From Epithemia pelagica (Eukaryota > Protista > Bacillariophyta), in NCBI GenBank assembly GCA_946965045.2, contig OX337233.1, positions 3,224,001-3,288,000 of the forward strand: 64,000 nt of DNA, given 5' to 3'. The notes under the pieces were generated by a model that saw only the letters and a program-made list of their open reading frames with translations, ran no database searches and had not been told where the DNA came from. Position 1 is the first letter of the stretch. Each line of letters opens with the position of its first letter. This document shows positions 24,273 through 36,377 of this stretch, piece by piece. Both the position numbers and the translations under genes were made by a program.

Positions 24273-25652
24273 TCATCGACTCGTGACCGCGACAGCGGCT
24301 TGGGTGGGACGATAAATTTGGGATCCCCAAAATTGCGGTGTCCCATCCGATTGGTAAATGGAGGACGATCGAGTGCCACTTCCACCCGCATTCAGGGCCG
24401 CCGCCCGTTCCTCCAAGGTACAATAATAATCCGACACGGACGGACGATTGTGGTTTGTAGGATCGTCCATTGTCCATTGCTGCTGCGAGGTTCGAAAGGA
24501 TCGCGACACTCGATAGTCATTGTCTGTACCGTCCAGCGACACGGGTGCGGGTTGGGCGCGGGCATTGGCCACGGCAAAGTCTCGACATTTAATGTAGCCA
24601 ATCACGCCGCAATAGGCGGCACTCAAGCCCGTGATCAGCATACTGGCCAACCAAAGGAGGTAGAGGGGTCGACTCCCACACCATCGAATATCCATCAACA
24701 AGGTATCGTCGTCAATGTCATTGAATTCTTCCACATCTTCCATGACGCGATCGGAACAATGACCCACGACAAAGACGGACAACCAGGTAAAACACAAACA
24801 AATCAAAATACTCAAGCGCCAGGGTCCGGATCGGGGACGCATGGATTGATAGCCCTTGGGATACACGTACTTGATGGGAGCGCCGGTATAGGCGTCGCCG
24901 TACCATTCTTCGTAGACAATCCCCGATACCATGCCTTCTTCAAAGGGACTCTTGACATAATAGCGGGGAGAATGCGTGGCGGTGGAACTGACGCGATCCA
25001 ATTCAATCGTATTGGTATTGTTATTGGTATAATCGCGTGACAAGGCCGGTTCGGCATGCAAGGAGGATAACCGAGCATGAGGAAGGCCCATCATGATCAT
25101 ATTGCTGGACGACGACGATGGATAGGCCGCATGGTGGCTGCTGCTGCCAGTGGAACTGCTCGTCGTAGTACTGGGATTGGTACGAACCATGGTCGCTGGA
25201 CCACCTCCACTGCTGGTGGTGGAGGGTGGATGTGGAACGTCTCCCAAAGCGGAGGACGACAAGGGAATGAGTGGACCCGGATGGTCCGTGCTGGCAGTCG
25301 TAGGTGGTTGGTGTTGTGGTACGGAGGAGGACGATTGCGTGCGGGAGGACGGCACCGCGGACGGTGCCGGTGGTGGTGGAACATAGGACGTGGAGGAGGC
25401 GGTGGAATAGTCGCCACTCGTGGATGGAGCAGCCGCCGTGGTGGTCCAGTGTTGCGCATGCCGTTGGGCTTGGTGTCGTTGCATCCATTTTCCATCGTCA
25501 TTGGAGGTTCCGGCTTGGACCGTTTGCGAATATTCTTGCAAGGCATATTTGTACAAGGCGTGTTCGTGTCGCATCGATTCCGCGGTTTGCGCCGTCTCCT
25601 TCAAGCGACGCTTACTACTCGAGCGACGACCCATGCCCAGAATTCGAACCAT
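24273..25652 (-). CDS. Hypothetical membrane protein (two TM segments, Ser/Thr-rich N-terminus)
   Basis: Probable start MVRILGMGRR; TMs LSILICLCFTWLSVFVVG and LYLLWLASMLITGLSAAYCGVIGY; conserved-looking YGDAY...YVYPKGYQSMRP. Confidence 0.7.
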   Translation of the reverse strand: MVRILGMGRRSSSKRRLKETAQTAESMRHEHALYKYALQEYSQTVQAGTSNDDGKWMQRHQAQRHAQHWTTTAAAPSTSGDYSTASSTSYVPPPPAPSAVPSSRTQSSSSVPQHQPPTTASTDHPGPLIPLSSSALGDVPHPPSTTSSGGGPATMVRTNPSTTTSSSTGSSSHHAAYPSSSSSNMIMMGLPHARLSSLHAEPALSRDYTNNNTNTIELDRVSSTATHSPRYYVKSPFEEGMVSGIVYEEWYGDAYTGAPIKYVYPKGYQSMRPRSGPWRLSILICLCFTWLSVFVVGHCSDRVMEDVEEFNDIDDDTLLMDIRWCGSRPLYLLWLASMLITGLSAAYCGVIGYIKCRDFAVANARAQPAPVSLDGTDNDYRVSRSFRTSQQQWTMDDPTNHNRPSVSDYYCTLEERAAALNAGGSGTRSSSIYQSDGTPQFWGSQIYRPTQAAVAVTSR

Positions 25653-26508
25653 GATGATGATACTGATACTGATGCTTTCGTATTGTGTGGTGGTGGTTGT
25701 GGATTGGAGAATGAGTCGATTGCCTTTCACCTTTTTTGTGTGTGTATTGGTGTGTCTTTTGCAAAGGAACAACCGTATAGAGAGTAAGCACCGTCAATTG
25801 GAACACTGGCCAAACGGCACAATGACAGACAACCAACAAAAGGAGAGGACGGAGATGAGAGAATGGTCTCTCCCAAAGTAAGTGGAATGGTGTTGCGCGC
25901 TGTGTGTACTGCGACGAAACAACCCAGTCTACAACAACAATATGCTCTGGTCGAAGCACTGTCGCTTTGCACAATGATGACAATACACACAACAGAGAGG
26001 AGGATGGTCGATTGCCCCGATGCTCCGAAATTTACAAAGAGAGTGTGTGTTGGCGTTCCTGGTCCTGGCCATGGTGGACGACGCGCCGGGGCAGGAGTTG
26101 TTTGTCGCACGTCCGTCCTTCGTGCCGAACAACGGATCGAGTGCGCCGGCCGGGTCACAGGCACCCGTCACGCGCTTGGCGAGCCCCTTATTCCCAGAAG
26201 GTTGGCTGTTTCCGATTCTTCCAAAGAGAACAACCACACAACAACAAGAACCACACAGAGAACAACAAACAAGAAAGGAAAGAGAGAACCGACTACATAG
26301 GAATCCTGGATCGCTTGGATATATGTTTGGTTGATTGACAACAACAACAACAACAACAACAACTTGTTTGGGATTTGACTCTAGAGAGAGAACGTGAGAG
26401 GAATAAGAATCATCCTCCACAAAACAATCTCACACACACAGGGAATACTCTGTATTGGTTGCAACGTCGTGTGTCCATCCTGCTCCCAAAACCAAACGAA
26501 TTCACACC

Positions 26509-27882
26509 ATGTTGCAACGTCCTTCATCATCATCCATGTCTCAATCCTTTTCGTCGTGGCAGGCCTCATCGTCGTCGTCTTCTTTGGTGAACAACAATGA
26601 AAATCATGTCCCCACCAGTCACGTCTTGGGCAAGAAACCAAGTGCTACGTCTGCTGCTGGTGGACTCAAGACACCCAAATCTCATTCTTCGGTCCACAAC
26701 CACAACAACCACAAGAGCAAAACCACTGCATCCAAACACAAACGACGGGCCTTTGGTGACATTTCCAACAAGAAGCCTGGCCGTCATGCTTTGAATCAAA
26801 ATAAGAGTACAGGAGGAGTCACACCGTTGGTTCAAAAGCAACTCTCCTTGCAGAATGCCTCCAGTAGTATATCCTCCTCGGTCGTTCACAAGAAAAAGAG
26901 TGGTTCCTCGTCGTCCTTTGCCACCAAATCCACCAAACCATCTTGGGTCCCCTTGGAAGAAGCACCGCAACAACCACCGAATTTGATCTCGAAAACGACG
27001 ACAACAACGACGATTACGAGTGAGGAACCCACCACGACGAAACCACTACCCACAACAACAAAAGTGCGCAAACAAGTCAATTTTCAATTGCCAAACCTCC
27101 ACGATCATGACGACCACAAGTCACACGACAAGGATCCGAATCAAACGAATCCAGCTCCCATGCATCCCCCCTCCGAGTCACGTGTCCCTGCCAGTACCCA
27201 CCTTCGACCAACGACAACAACAACAACAACAGTATCCCTCCATTCGTCCGAACTGGATGAGGAGGATGCCGTCGTGGAGTTCTCGGCGGGCCGAACCTGG
27301 CAAGAACAACAAGCGCAGTCGTTGGCCTGGGAACACGAGGAATTGCAACACCAAGCAAATGCCATGTCAAGTTTGGATCCCGAAACCATTTTTGCGCAAC
27401 GACGGGTTCAACGACAAGAGGAACAAGATCGGTTGGAACAACGCGGTCTGCAACTCCTGCAACAACAAGTTCAACAACTGGCACTCCAAGATGGTACGTA
27501 CGATTCTACTCTTGCATGTGTGGAGAGAAACGCCGTGTCCAAGAATCATTGGCATGGTCGGCATTGTGATGTATGGTGTCGAGGAGCGTGTGTGCGTCTC
27601 TGGTGTCATTTCACAAAGAAGCATTCGTCTCGAGTTTTACCCACCATGGATTGCCAGCAAAAGAGTGTATCTCTCTCTCACACATAGACTGTATCATGTT
27701 GGTTTTATATGCATCTCTTTCTCTCTCTCGGCACACACATGACAGAACTGGACGACCAGCGCTCGGCATTGGAGCTGTATGAACGGTTGGAAACTGCCCT
27801 GACCGTGGCCGATTCTTCGCTCGACATGCAACCACTTGACGACGACGAGGACGACCCATTCAGTTTCGACGTGTCCTTTTGA
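26509..27882 (+). CDS. Disordered protein with D-box (securin-like candidate); intron 27494-27745
   Basis: NNENH, LKTPK, KRRAFGDISNKK, acidic ELDEEDAVVEFSAGRTW. GTACGT...GACAG splicing gives an acidic tail ending DDDEDDPFSFDVSF*. Confidence 0.65.
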
Positions 27883-28633
27883 ACTGAAACGACGACGACG
27901 ACAAGACAGTCGGTCAACGATGGTGGTAGTGGTGGTCCAAGCTCGAACTTGGTCCATCGAAACTCTACGACTTGGTAGTAAGTCTTCTAGTAGTGTTGCA
28001 CATTCTATTTCTTTGTTGGGGAAACTATCTAGGTAGGTGTCTGTAGCCATGAGAGATTCTGTATGGAATGGCTGTAGCATCGTAGTTTCAATGCGGTGTA
28101 CTAAATTATGGGTCTCTACGAGAACGATGGAATGAGACTCTCCCTTCTGCGACTTGTGTCGATTGTGGTATACCTTTTGGTTCTTGAAACTCATAAAGAA
28201 GGACTCTTCTTCTGTTGTTGGTGTCGTAGTCTCCCTCCTGGTGTACCACACTCCTTTCTTGTCTCCCAAAAAACAACAAAGGGAAGCGAGAACTAGAAGC
28301 GACGTTGCAGCGCTCTCGCCGCTCTGGAAGAAACACAGACACCCATCCAGCTTCCAATCCCTCTTAGTACATTCGTGTGTCTTGTGTATCTCTCATTTTG
28401 GATCTTTACCTAAACCAAGAAAATGAATGGATGTATCACAGAGTACCAATTCTCATTCAGGTTTCGTTGCTCCAACGCTCTCTACTCTCTAGGGAGAAGC
28501 GTGGTCCAGCTTCAGGAGCAGATAGACTACCTACTCCAACAAACGAAGATGTACACATAGCAAGGGTAGCTCCCTCATTTTTCTCCGCCAAGAACAATGA
28601 CACTGCAGCCTCTCGCAACACGCAGTCTTTACC

Positions 28634-29719
28634 ATGACAACATTTGCTTCGCCGTCGTCGTCGTCTTCCTTGCCATTGGGATGGACGCAAATTGGTCGAG
28701 ACCGTCGTGGTTCTCGCAAAAGGAATCGAACAGAACAAGAAGGAGGAGGAGATGACCAAGGGATGAATGACGACGTTCGGTGTTGCACTCGTTCCGTTTG
28801 TCGTCATCGAGTATCATCATCGTCGTCCTTGACAAACACTTCCGCAAATAATACCAATCATCCGATTCTTCGTCGATGTACCAAGGGACGTGTCATTGTA
28901 TGCTTTTTGGATACCGATCCCGAATGGTTTCAAGGATTCTTTTTCCCCGAATCGAACCAACGAGATGTACTCTGGGGGGGTCGTCCACAGTCCGCAGCAA
29001 CAAGCCGTCAAACACCCTGGCGACTCTTGGCCACGCAACGTCCCGTGGACGATTGTTTGGCTTGTCAACAAGGAGGATATCGAGTGGTCGATCTCGAGGT
29101 TCACTATAATCGTCCTTGTCGTCCGTCAATATCATCATCATCATCGTCGCCTGGGAGTGGCAAACAAGACAGCAACAGCACACCGGCTCCTACTACTACT
29201 GCAACGACCGAAGAAGTATTCCAAGGGATTGAATGGACGGGTGGTGACATGATGCACTTGTCCAGTCCTCATGTCACCTTGCAACCACAACGATTGGCGA
29301 CTGGTCCCGTAGCGGCCGCCATGGCCCGACAAGTCTTTGGCACCATGCTCACCACGGCCGCCGCAACCACGACTTCACGGCAGAAGAATGATGATACTAC
29401 TACTAATAATGACGCCGAGGAACCAAACGACCCCAAAGGACCCTCCAGGACAACGACGACGACCACGGACCAGGACAAGAACCAGGAGCTCGAAACTGGA
29501 GGAGGCAAGGACTCTGATACAAATAAGAAAACGGAGGAGGACAACGACACTACTACTACTACCAAGGATGACAACAAGGTATTGTGGACAGACACAAAAG
29601 TCTTGAAACACTTTCCGGATATTGCCATTGTGGCGGGAACCATGGAGCTGCATCTTCCTATTGAAAAAGAAGAACAAGACCTCTATGATCTCATGTTTGA
29701 ACAAGAAGACACCACTTGA
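28634..29719 (+). CDS. Hypothetical protein
   Basis: 361-aa ORF with host-like low-complexity T/D/S tracts between globular-looking blocks. Confidence 0.6.
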   Translation: MTTFASPSSSSSLPLGWTQIGRDRRGSRKRNRTEQEGGGDDQGMNDDVRCCTRSVCRHRVSSSSSLTNTSANNTNHPILRRCTKGRVIVCFLDTDPEWFQGFFFPESNQRDVLWGGRPQSAATSRQTPWRLLATQRPVDDCLACQQGGYRVVDLEVHYNRPCRPSISSSSSSPGSGKQDSNSTPAPTTTATTEEVFQGIEWTGGDMMHLSSPHVTLQPQRLATGPVAAAMARQVFGTMLTTAAATTTSRQKNDDTTTNNDAEEPNDPKGPSRTTTTTTDQDKNQELETGGGKDSDTNKKTEEDNDTTTTTKDDNKVLWTDTKVLKHFPDIAIVAGTMELHLPIEKEEQDLYDLMFEQEDTT

Positions 29720-30498
29720 TGATGAGGATGATGAGAAGGACCTTGGCGTTGGGACTCAAATCTTTTTAGAAGTAGATGACGTTGGACTTGGTGGGACAAA
29801 TGTTTGGGATCTTGGTTCTATAGACCGGGACACTGCCTGGGAAAGTAGGTCCCCGCAGCAGGCAGTTGTTGTTGCCAGGAAAACGCAAACCTCTCAGAAA
29901 AGTCCTTCTCCCTCTCTCTCTCTCTCTCTCCCTCTCTCTCTCCTGTCCATCGGGTCCTGTTGGCCATATATTACCTTAAGAAAAGAACTTAAGAGAAGAA
30001 CCGCAACCAATAGGGAGTGTATCGTGCAACACGGTTTGCGCTACCCATAGCGCCAGTAACAGTCATGTGTGTTTTATCCCACGAAGAAACAAACAAAGCA
30101 AAATGATAGAAGTATAGTCGTTTCCGTTTGTTCTAGAGAGTTACCGTTTGATTTGATGCTGGAATCAAATTACTACGACAACCTCCAGGTTTGTTCATTA
30201 TACTTGGAAACCACAGTTGGAGTTTCACCAAACGAGTCGTTGCCGTCAGAAACGGAAAACGTTCCTGTCTCTCCATAGTGGACGACGACACGTCTCTTGG
30301 CGGTTGTTTACCGAGTCCCTCAATCACAGGGAAAATGGCAGTGGTGGCACATGGTTTTTTTGGCTGTCCTCCATCGTGGCAACGTTCTTTTGTTTTCCAT
30401 GGTCCCTCAAACACTGTACCTTTTCACCGCATATATCGGTTTCCGTCCATGACACAAAACGCCCACATCACGTCATTGTCGTCGTGCAAGAAATTCGT

Positions 30499-31182
30499 TT
30501 ACTTCGGCAAGTCTCCTCCGCCACCACCAACCGTGTTGTTGGGTCCATCTCCAAAGTGGAGTTTGAGAGCCAACTGGGCCAGCGTACAGGCCAGACCCAA
30601 GAGATTGGGAAGATAAATATTGACATCGTGAATGCCATACCAACCAAAGATACTCCAAAGGGCACAATTGACCAAGGATGCGAGGGTAAAGGGCAAGGGA
30701 ATGGACTTGGCCGATTTCTTTTCCAAGACGGACTTGAGAACGGAAAGGGGACTGGCAAACATGATAAAGACCATGACGACACCGGCCGTCCCAATAATGG
30801 AGGTCGCCACTTCCGGTGTGGACGACATGGAGGCTACCAGGAGAGTGGCCAAGGTGAGGGCCCCAATCCCTTGCACATGTTGCAAGACGGTTCCCGGCAA
30901 GGTGGGCGATGCCTTGGGCGCATGTTTGGTAAAGGAGACAAAGAAATAAAGGCCCAAAATGAGGCCAAACAAATTGGCCGACCAAATGCGAGCTTCTCCC
31001 TTGAGAATGCCATAGGTGGTCCACACCATGGCGGACCCAATCATGGACGAATAGGGCAAGAGGGGCAAATTGGCCACCGTCTTGTCTTGTTGAATGCGAC
31101 GAATCGTCGGAAGTGGTGCCATAAAGACTACCACGGCCGCCCACGAGGCAAAATGACCACACACTTGAGCAAAGGATTCCAT
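30499..31182 (-). CDS. SWEET: SWEET (MtN3/saliva) sugar transporter
   Basis: 227 aa; FMAPLPTI, LPLLPYSSM, W..YG, ANLFG; second repeat MFASPLSVL..V..KSAKSIPLPF, W..FG, YLPNLLG. Confidence 0.93.
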   Translation of the reverse strand: MESFAQVCGHFASWAAVVVFMAPLPTIRRIQQDKTVANLPLLPYSSMIGSAMVWTTYGILKGEARIWSANLFGLILGLYFFVSFTKHAPKASPTLPGTVLQHVQGIGALTLATLLVASMSSTPEVATSIIGTAGVVMVFIMFASPLSVLKSVLEKKSAKSIPLPFTLASLVNCALWSIFGWYGIHDVNIYLPNLLGLACTLAQLALKLHFGDGPNNTVGGGGGDLPK

Positions 31183-32016
31183 AATGAATGATGCTTTTTC
31201 TTTTATATGTTTCCTCTTCTTGTTTCCAGCTGTCTATAGATGTCGTGTGATGGTTGTCTTTGGTGCCAGGCAATGAAATTGCTAGTCTGCAAAATGGAAA
31301 GCAAAAAGCAACAAGCACAGTAAGAACTGTTAGACCGTTCTTGAGGTGTGCAACTCCGAGAGCGATTCGAGGCAAGAACCCGTCCTCTTTTCAACGGCAT
31401 CTCAATTCACCACACGAAAAACCGAAATAGCCAAGCATCAACAAGTCATCAACGGAGCCGGCTCTTACCAGAAAAGGATCCGCTACCACTGTGGAGACCA
31501 CGAGGGCTAACACAAAATGCAGTAACAGATGAATGAGAGATCGAGCCAGTCATCATGGTCTCTGCGCAGATCTCCCCCAAATCGGGTCATTTTTAGTCGC
31601 GGATAAGGAATCGAACAGAAACTACCTATCTACCCATGCAATGACGATGTCGAAAGTACTCTATGCTCAACCACGAAAAGGTTTGCAACGACACCAACGA
31701 TGGCTTCCTTTGTTTCTCTCCTCTCCGACAAACCACAGTACAAAGTTTCTCGCGAAGCAGTGCTGTCCCTCTAAAATTTACGGAGGGTTTGGATCCTTTT
31801 GCGTTCTAACTATCCTTAGGTAGATCGATAACAGTGCGATCATCTTTTGGGGCAGTCTTAGGTCCACAAAAGAGATTTAAGTCCTCTACCTCGTCGAAAA
31901 CACATTAAGCTCCCGTGCTTCCAAAAGAGACGCGGTTGTCCTGAATGCCATAATCAACACAAGAGAACAGCTTCCTTCCTAGCCATGCTGTGTTGTCCCT
32001 TGCTCGTCCTCCTCGT

Positions 32017-33803
32017 TTAGACCGGTACATAGGCCGTCGTCGTTTTGGTCGTGGGACCTTCCACTTTCTGTGGATCGGTTGCTTCCTCGAGATTCGTGGC
32101 GGTGTTGGTGGTAGCAGCAGCACCAGCACCAGACTCCACTGCTGGTTGGGCATCCGTTTCCAATCCTTCTGGTGGTCGTAGTCGAGACGAATCGGTGGCT
32201 GCCATTCTCGTGGGAATTGTTGGTTCCACAGCTGTGGTCGGTTCGGTGATTGTTGGACTGGCTGTCGTAGAGTTGACTGGCACGGAATCAGATTCGGTCG
32301 TGGAGCTACTGAGAGGCTCGGTGACGGGTGGCATTAGGGGTGCAAGTGGCGGTTTCTCTGGTACTACATCTCTGGATTCCTCCTTATTGTTTGTAGTTGG
32401 GAACGTCGTCGTCATAGTAGTAGTACTACTACTACTGGAAGCCGCCGCATCCAGCAAGAGTCGTTTGGTGGGTGGCGGCTCGACCGACCCAGCCGCAACT
32501 GGTGGAGCCGCTCGTTTCTTGGCCGCCGCTTCCCGATACACGGCATGAAAGGCCGCGGCCAAGACTTGTCGTTCTTCATCGGTCAAGGGTGGGCCCAGGA
32601 CCATGTCGTCGGAATCGTCGTTGCTACTGTTGTCATTGTCCTCACCCACCACCGCCTTGTGTGACTTGTGGTGGTTGTTGTCATTTTCCAGTTTACCTTG
32701 CAACGATTGTTGTTGCTGTTGTTGTTGCTGCAATTGTTGAATTTGTTTTTGCAAGGCTTGAATGGTTTCATCCCGTTCTTGGACGCCTTGGGCCAATTGG
32801 ACTCGTGCTGTGGCTTGTTGTTCTTCGTGTTCCAAATCTTGGGCAAAGGTGGTGTAGGTGGGGACGGCAAAGTATTGGCCCAGATTGAAACAAACACAGG
32901 CATCGGCCGGTGTCAAATCGAGCAATTTGGCTAATCGTGCCGGAATGGCATGTTTTTCGTGCACATGCATGCGTTTCTTGCCATGCCAGAGTGTAATGTA
33001 ATCCAACACGCGGGGATGAAAATGACGGTAGGCAATGAATTTGCAGCGTACTTGTTTGGCGGTTTTGACCGCATGCTGCGTCTTCATGAGCTGCAGGGCT
33101 TGGACGGGTGTGAGTTTCAGGAGATGGATCAAACATTGTTGTAAATACGCATTGGTGTATGTGGAACTGGCGGAGGAGGCATCCTTGAAAATGGGCAAGA
33201 CCAAATAATTGGGTGTATGATGATTGACCTTGCCGAGCATGGCCCAACGACGCATTTCTCCCGCACAGCGACGATCACCACAAATACAAAACCGTAATCG
33301 AAAGCCATTGACCACTTTGCGATCGCGAACGGGCGTTGTGGTTGTCTTTTTCTTGTTGCTACTGCGAGTCTTGGAAGAAGAAGAAGGCGGGTTGTTGGAA
33401 GCTGCTGCTACTGAAGTACGACCAGTCGTTTCTGTTGTAGCAGTGGTACTTGTGGTTGTGGTTTTCTTGTCGGCAGTGTCAGCCATTGTTGTCGCTCCTG
33501 TCGTTGCGGGTGTAGTGGTTGTAGTGGTAGTCGCCGTAGGTTCGTCTTTCTTGTTTGGATTTGTGGAACACGCGGCTTGTTCCTGTGTCGTATTTGCAGT
33601 CGGTAGAAACGCTGCAGTGTTGGTGGTGGTGATTGGCGCTGCCGCCAAAGCCATGGGAGCGGTCGTTGTGGTGGTGCTGATCGTCGTAGGATTCGTCGGG
33701 GAGGCTGCTGCTGCGGTGGTGGTACTAGTTGCACCCATGGTTGTGGGTGTGGCCACAGAATGAAGAGTCGTGTTGGTATTTCTTGTGCCAAACGAATGGT
33801 TCG

Positions 33804-33867
<64 letters not shown>

Positions 33868-34635
33868 GGATGGTTGTGGAGGAGCGGCGGACGCTGCGGC
33901 TACCAGTCTTGCATTCCCCTTCATCAAGAATGATTGCATGGGTTGTTGTTGTTGTGGTGGAACCACCAAGGTGTTGTTGGCATTGTCCGAGAGACCACCC
34001 GCAGTCGAAACTTGTTGTTGTTGTTGTGAATGGACAAATCCGTGCATCAGCTGGTTCGTCGAGATATTGTTGTTGTTGTTGTTGTTGTTATCGTTGTTGC
34101 TACTGCGAGGGGTGTTGTGGTTCATGGTCGGTGCAATCTTCAAGGGAGGTTCCAAAGGCGGAAGAATCAAGCCTCCTAAAAAGGATTGTTGCTGTTGTGG
34201 TTGTGCCTGGACGAGGGATGGTTGGGTGAACAACAAGGCTTGTTGTTGTTGTTGTTGTTGTGGATCCTCGGAGGGGGGAGCACCCAGTGCTGCCATTATC
34301 CCCTGTCGGTGATTCGTAGCCGCAGCAGCAGTAGGGCTGTTCTTGTTGTTGGTCATGCCCAAGAGAGTCATTCCTCCGGACAATGCCCGTCCATGTTGTT
34401 GTTCTTGTTGTTGTTGTTGTGGAGGGACGGGTGGTCCATTCGTATTCGTTTGCAAATGGTTGGATCCAATATGATTGCCGCCATTCGGAGGATTGGTGTT
34501 ACTCCTCAATAAGGTGCTGCTCGAAGGGTAGAGTTGGCCTTGTGCTAGAACCTCTCCATGATGATTGTTGGTGCTGTGGTTGTCGTTCCGCTGGAGGATT
34601 TGACTTTGATTCGGAAGGTTGTTGTTGTTGTTCAT
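32017..34635 (-). CDS. Large low-complexity protein with a Cys/His-containing core
   Basis: ~870 aa; poly-N/Q/T tracts (including a (GTT)n run of ~21 units at ~33803-33866); core FCICGDRRC...YRHFHP; coiled coil. Confidence 0.65.
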
Positions 34636-34755
34636 AATAGTGTCACAGAGAGATCCTTCTCGCACAAAAGAGTCTTTCAAATGAGGTCAGTGCTTCTGCT
34701 GTTGTGAGCGTTGTTGAGGTTGATGAGGTCAGTGCTTCTTTGGCTCGCTGTGGTT

Positions 34756-34822
34756 TTCGCTGTTTTCTGGCCCCCCGAAGGAAGGGGAGCCCCCCACACA
34801 CACATCCACAAAAACGCGCCAC
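34756..34822 (+). repeat. 67-bp dispersed repeat, copy 1
   Basis: Identical to 56869-56935 (TTCGCTGTTTTCTGGCCCCCCGAAGGAAGGGGAGCCCCCCACACACACATCCACAAAAACGCGCCAC). Confidence 0.95.
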
Positions 34823-34907
34823 GCCTAGGAGTCCCCAACTCGAATAGTGGTTTTCCATCAGGCCACAACAACAGCAACGCATTCTGATCCAGGGAATCCA
34901 GAACGCC

Positions 34908-36377
34908 ATGGCCAATAACGAGGTGTGGGTAAGATGGAAGGACTCTTCTGATGACTGGTTATTTGATACTGTCACGGATCTGAAAGATGATGCGGAAATC
35001 AAGGACCTGCGTAAAGCGTTTGTGAGGCAACAAAACCTTCAAGGTCAGCTTTCACCGGCAGAGGTACAAGTTCGCGAAACAACCGTCCATGGTGAGGACC
35101 GTCTCAAGGCGAGCAGCCCATTGGTGACCTATTTTGTGCCTCCCACAGGTTGTGTTCCGGAGCCCGGAAAAAGCGAGGATACTGCTTTGTTTCTGACCGT
35201 TCCGCGGATTGCTGCTAGAGGTACCAATGCACCAGCGATCGTGCTGCAAGAACCGCTTTCGCAACAACCAAGTCGCTGGCGCAAGGTCTCCGGGGCAATA
35301 TCTCGACCAAAAACCCACGCTGGTGCCCGTTACGAGCTGTTCAAATTGGCGTCTTCTCTTAAAGGATTATATCCACCAGATCTAGATGCAAATACGGCTT
35401 TTGTCACAGAGGCGAGTGATAGTGACCCGTTCAATCGTTCGATCATTAAGTTTTCTGTGGTGTTTAGCAAGGTTTTTCGGGCTGGCTATTTTGTGGACAA
35501 CTTGAAGGCTTATATTCTTCGCAACAACGGGGATTTACAGCTGGTGGACGACCAACAGAACATCGTGCGGGACTTGACCTTATCAGAAATTGACCCCTTT
35601 CCAGTGACAGTCGAAAACATGGTTCTAAAGACTCACTACGAACCACAAAATGGAGAAGCGGAACCGGGTTCGCCTCTTGTAGACATGATATTGGATACTC
35701 GATCAAGCGACTTCACAATGGATGTCACCCTTCTATCAATAAAAGACACCACTTTTCGATTTCAACGGATTGAGAACAGTGCTTCTTTCACGTTGGCTGA
35801 GGCGGAATCAGCTCACATCTTCCCCAGTGCCAAATGTCACGGAGTGTATGAATGGCTTGATACACCCGACTTCAACCGCCTTGCGTTGAGTAGAGATGTC
35901 CATCTGAACTTTGATGGAACTGGACGGGGAAGAGGAAAGCGACGGAAAACAGTGCAGTCCTTTGCGATTAGGCCTTTGCGAAATGCCAACACTGAATTTT
36001 CCACCTGTATCATTGACGAATGCCATTACTACATTATCCCATTGGAGTTGGTATTTAACAGGAATGAAATTGCAGAGGCTATTTTAAACAAGCTTGAAAA
36101 AGGCGCGGCTCTCTACAAATACCCAAACGATCGGTGGACGATATCGGGGGCTGATGTTCAAATATTCTATCCCAAGAATAACAAAAATACTCTCGTTACG
36201 GAGGAGTCTGAGGACGGGGACACTATCCTTGTGACAGCCATTCCTGGTGTCGACGACCTTAGTGAATGCTGGTCAAATTCTGCTAACTTGTACGAAGTGG
36301 AAGCTGCTGAGATTTTGGAGAAATGTCTCCTTTGGAATTATCAAAATGCCCTGCAGTCATGGAGGTTGGTAGGGTAA
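34908..36377 (+). CDS. Crinkler (CR)-like protein with C-terminal HNH endonuclease domain
   Basis: 489 aa, intronless. N-terminal ~100 aa VWVRW...IKDLRKAF...PGKSEDTALFLTVP resembles CR header domains; AESAHIFP...FNRLALSRDVHLNFDG matches the HNH_2-type pattern. Confidence 0.65.
   Translation: MANNEVWVRWKDSSDDWLFDTVTDLKDDAEIKDLRKAFVRQQNLQGQLSPAEVQVRETTVHGEDRLKASSPLVTYFVPPTGCVPEPGKSEDTALFLTVPRIAARGTNAPAIVLQEPLSQQPSRWRKVSGAISRPKTHAGARYELFKLASSLKGLYPPDLDANTAFVTEASDSDPFNRSIIKFSVVFSKVFRAGYFVDNLKAYILRNNGDLQLVDDQQNIVRDLTLSEIDPFPVTVENMVLKTHYEPQNGEAEPGSPLVDMILDTRSSDFTMDVTLLSIKDTTFRFQRIENSASFTLAEAESAHIFPSAKCHGVYEWLDTPDFNRLALSRDVHLNFDGTGRGRGKRRKTVQSFAIRPLRNANTEFSTCIIDECHYYIIPLELVFNRNEIAEAILNKLEKGAALYKYPNDRWTISGADVQIFYPKNNKNTLVTEESEDGDTILVTAIPGVDDLSECWSNSANLYEVEAAEILEKCLLWNYQNALQSWRLVG

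Noticed and set aside
26330-33870. (ACA/GTT)n and (CT)n microsatellites as functional elements
   Set aside because: Ubiquitous in this window's coding and UTR sequence; ordinary low complexity.
34756-34830. 67-bp motif as a Helitron 3' end (hairpin + CTAG)
   Set aside because: Hairpin-to-CTAG distance is ~30-40 nt and differs between copies; no TC 5' end or Rep/helicase identified.
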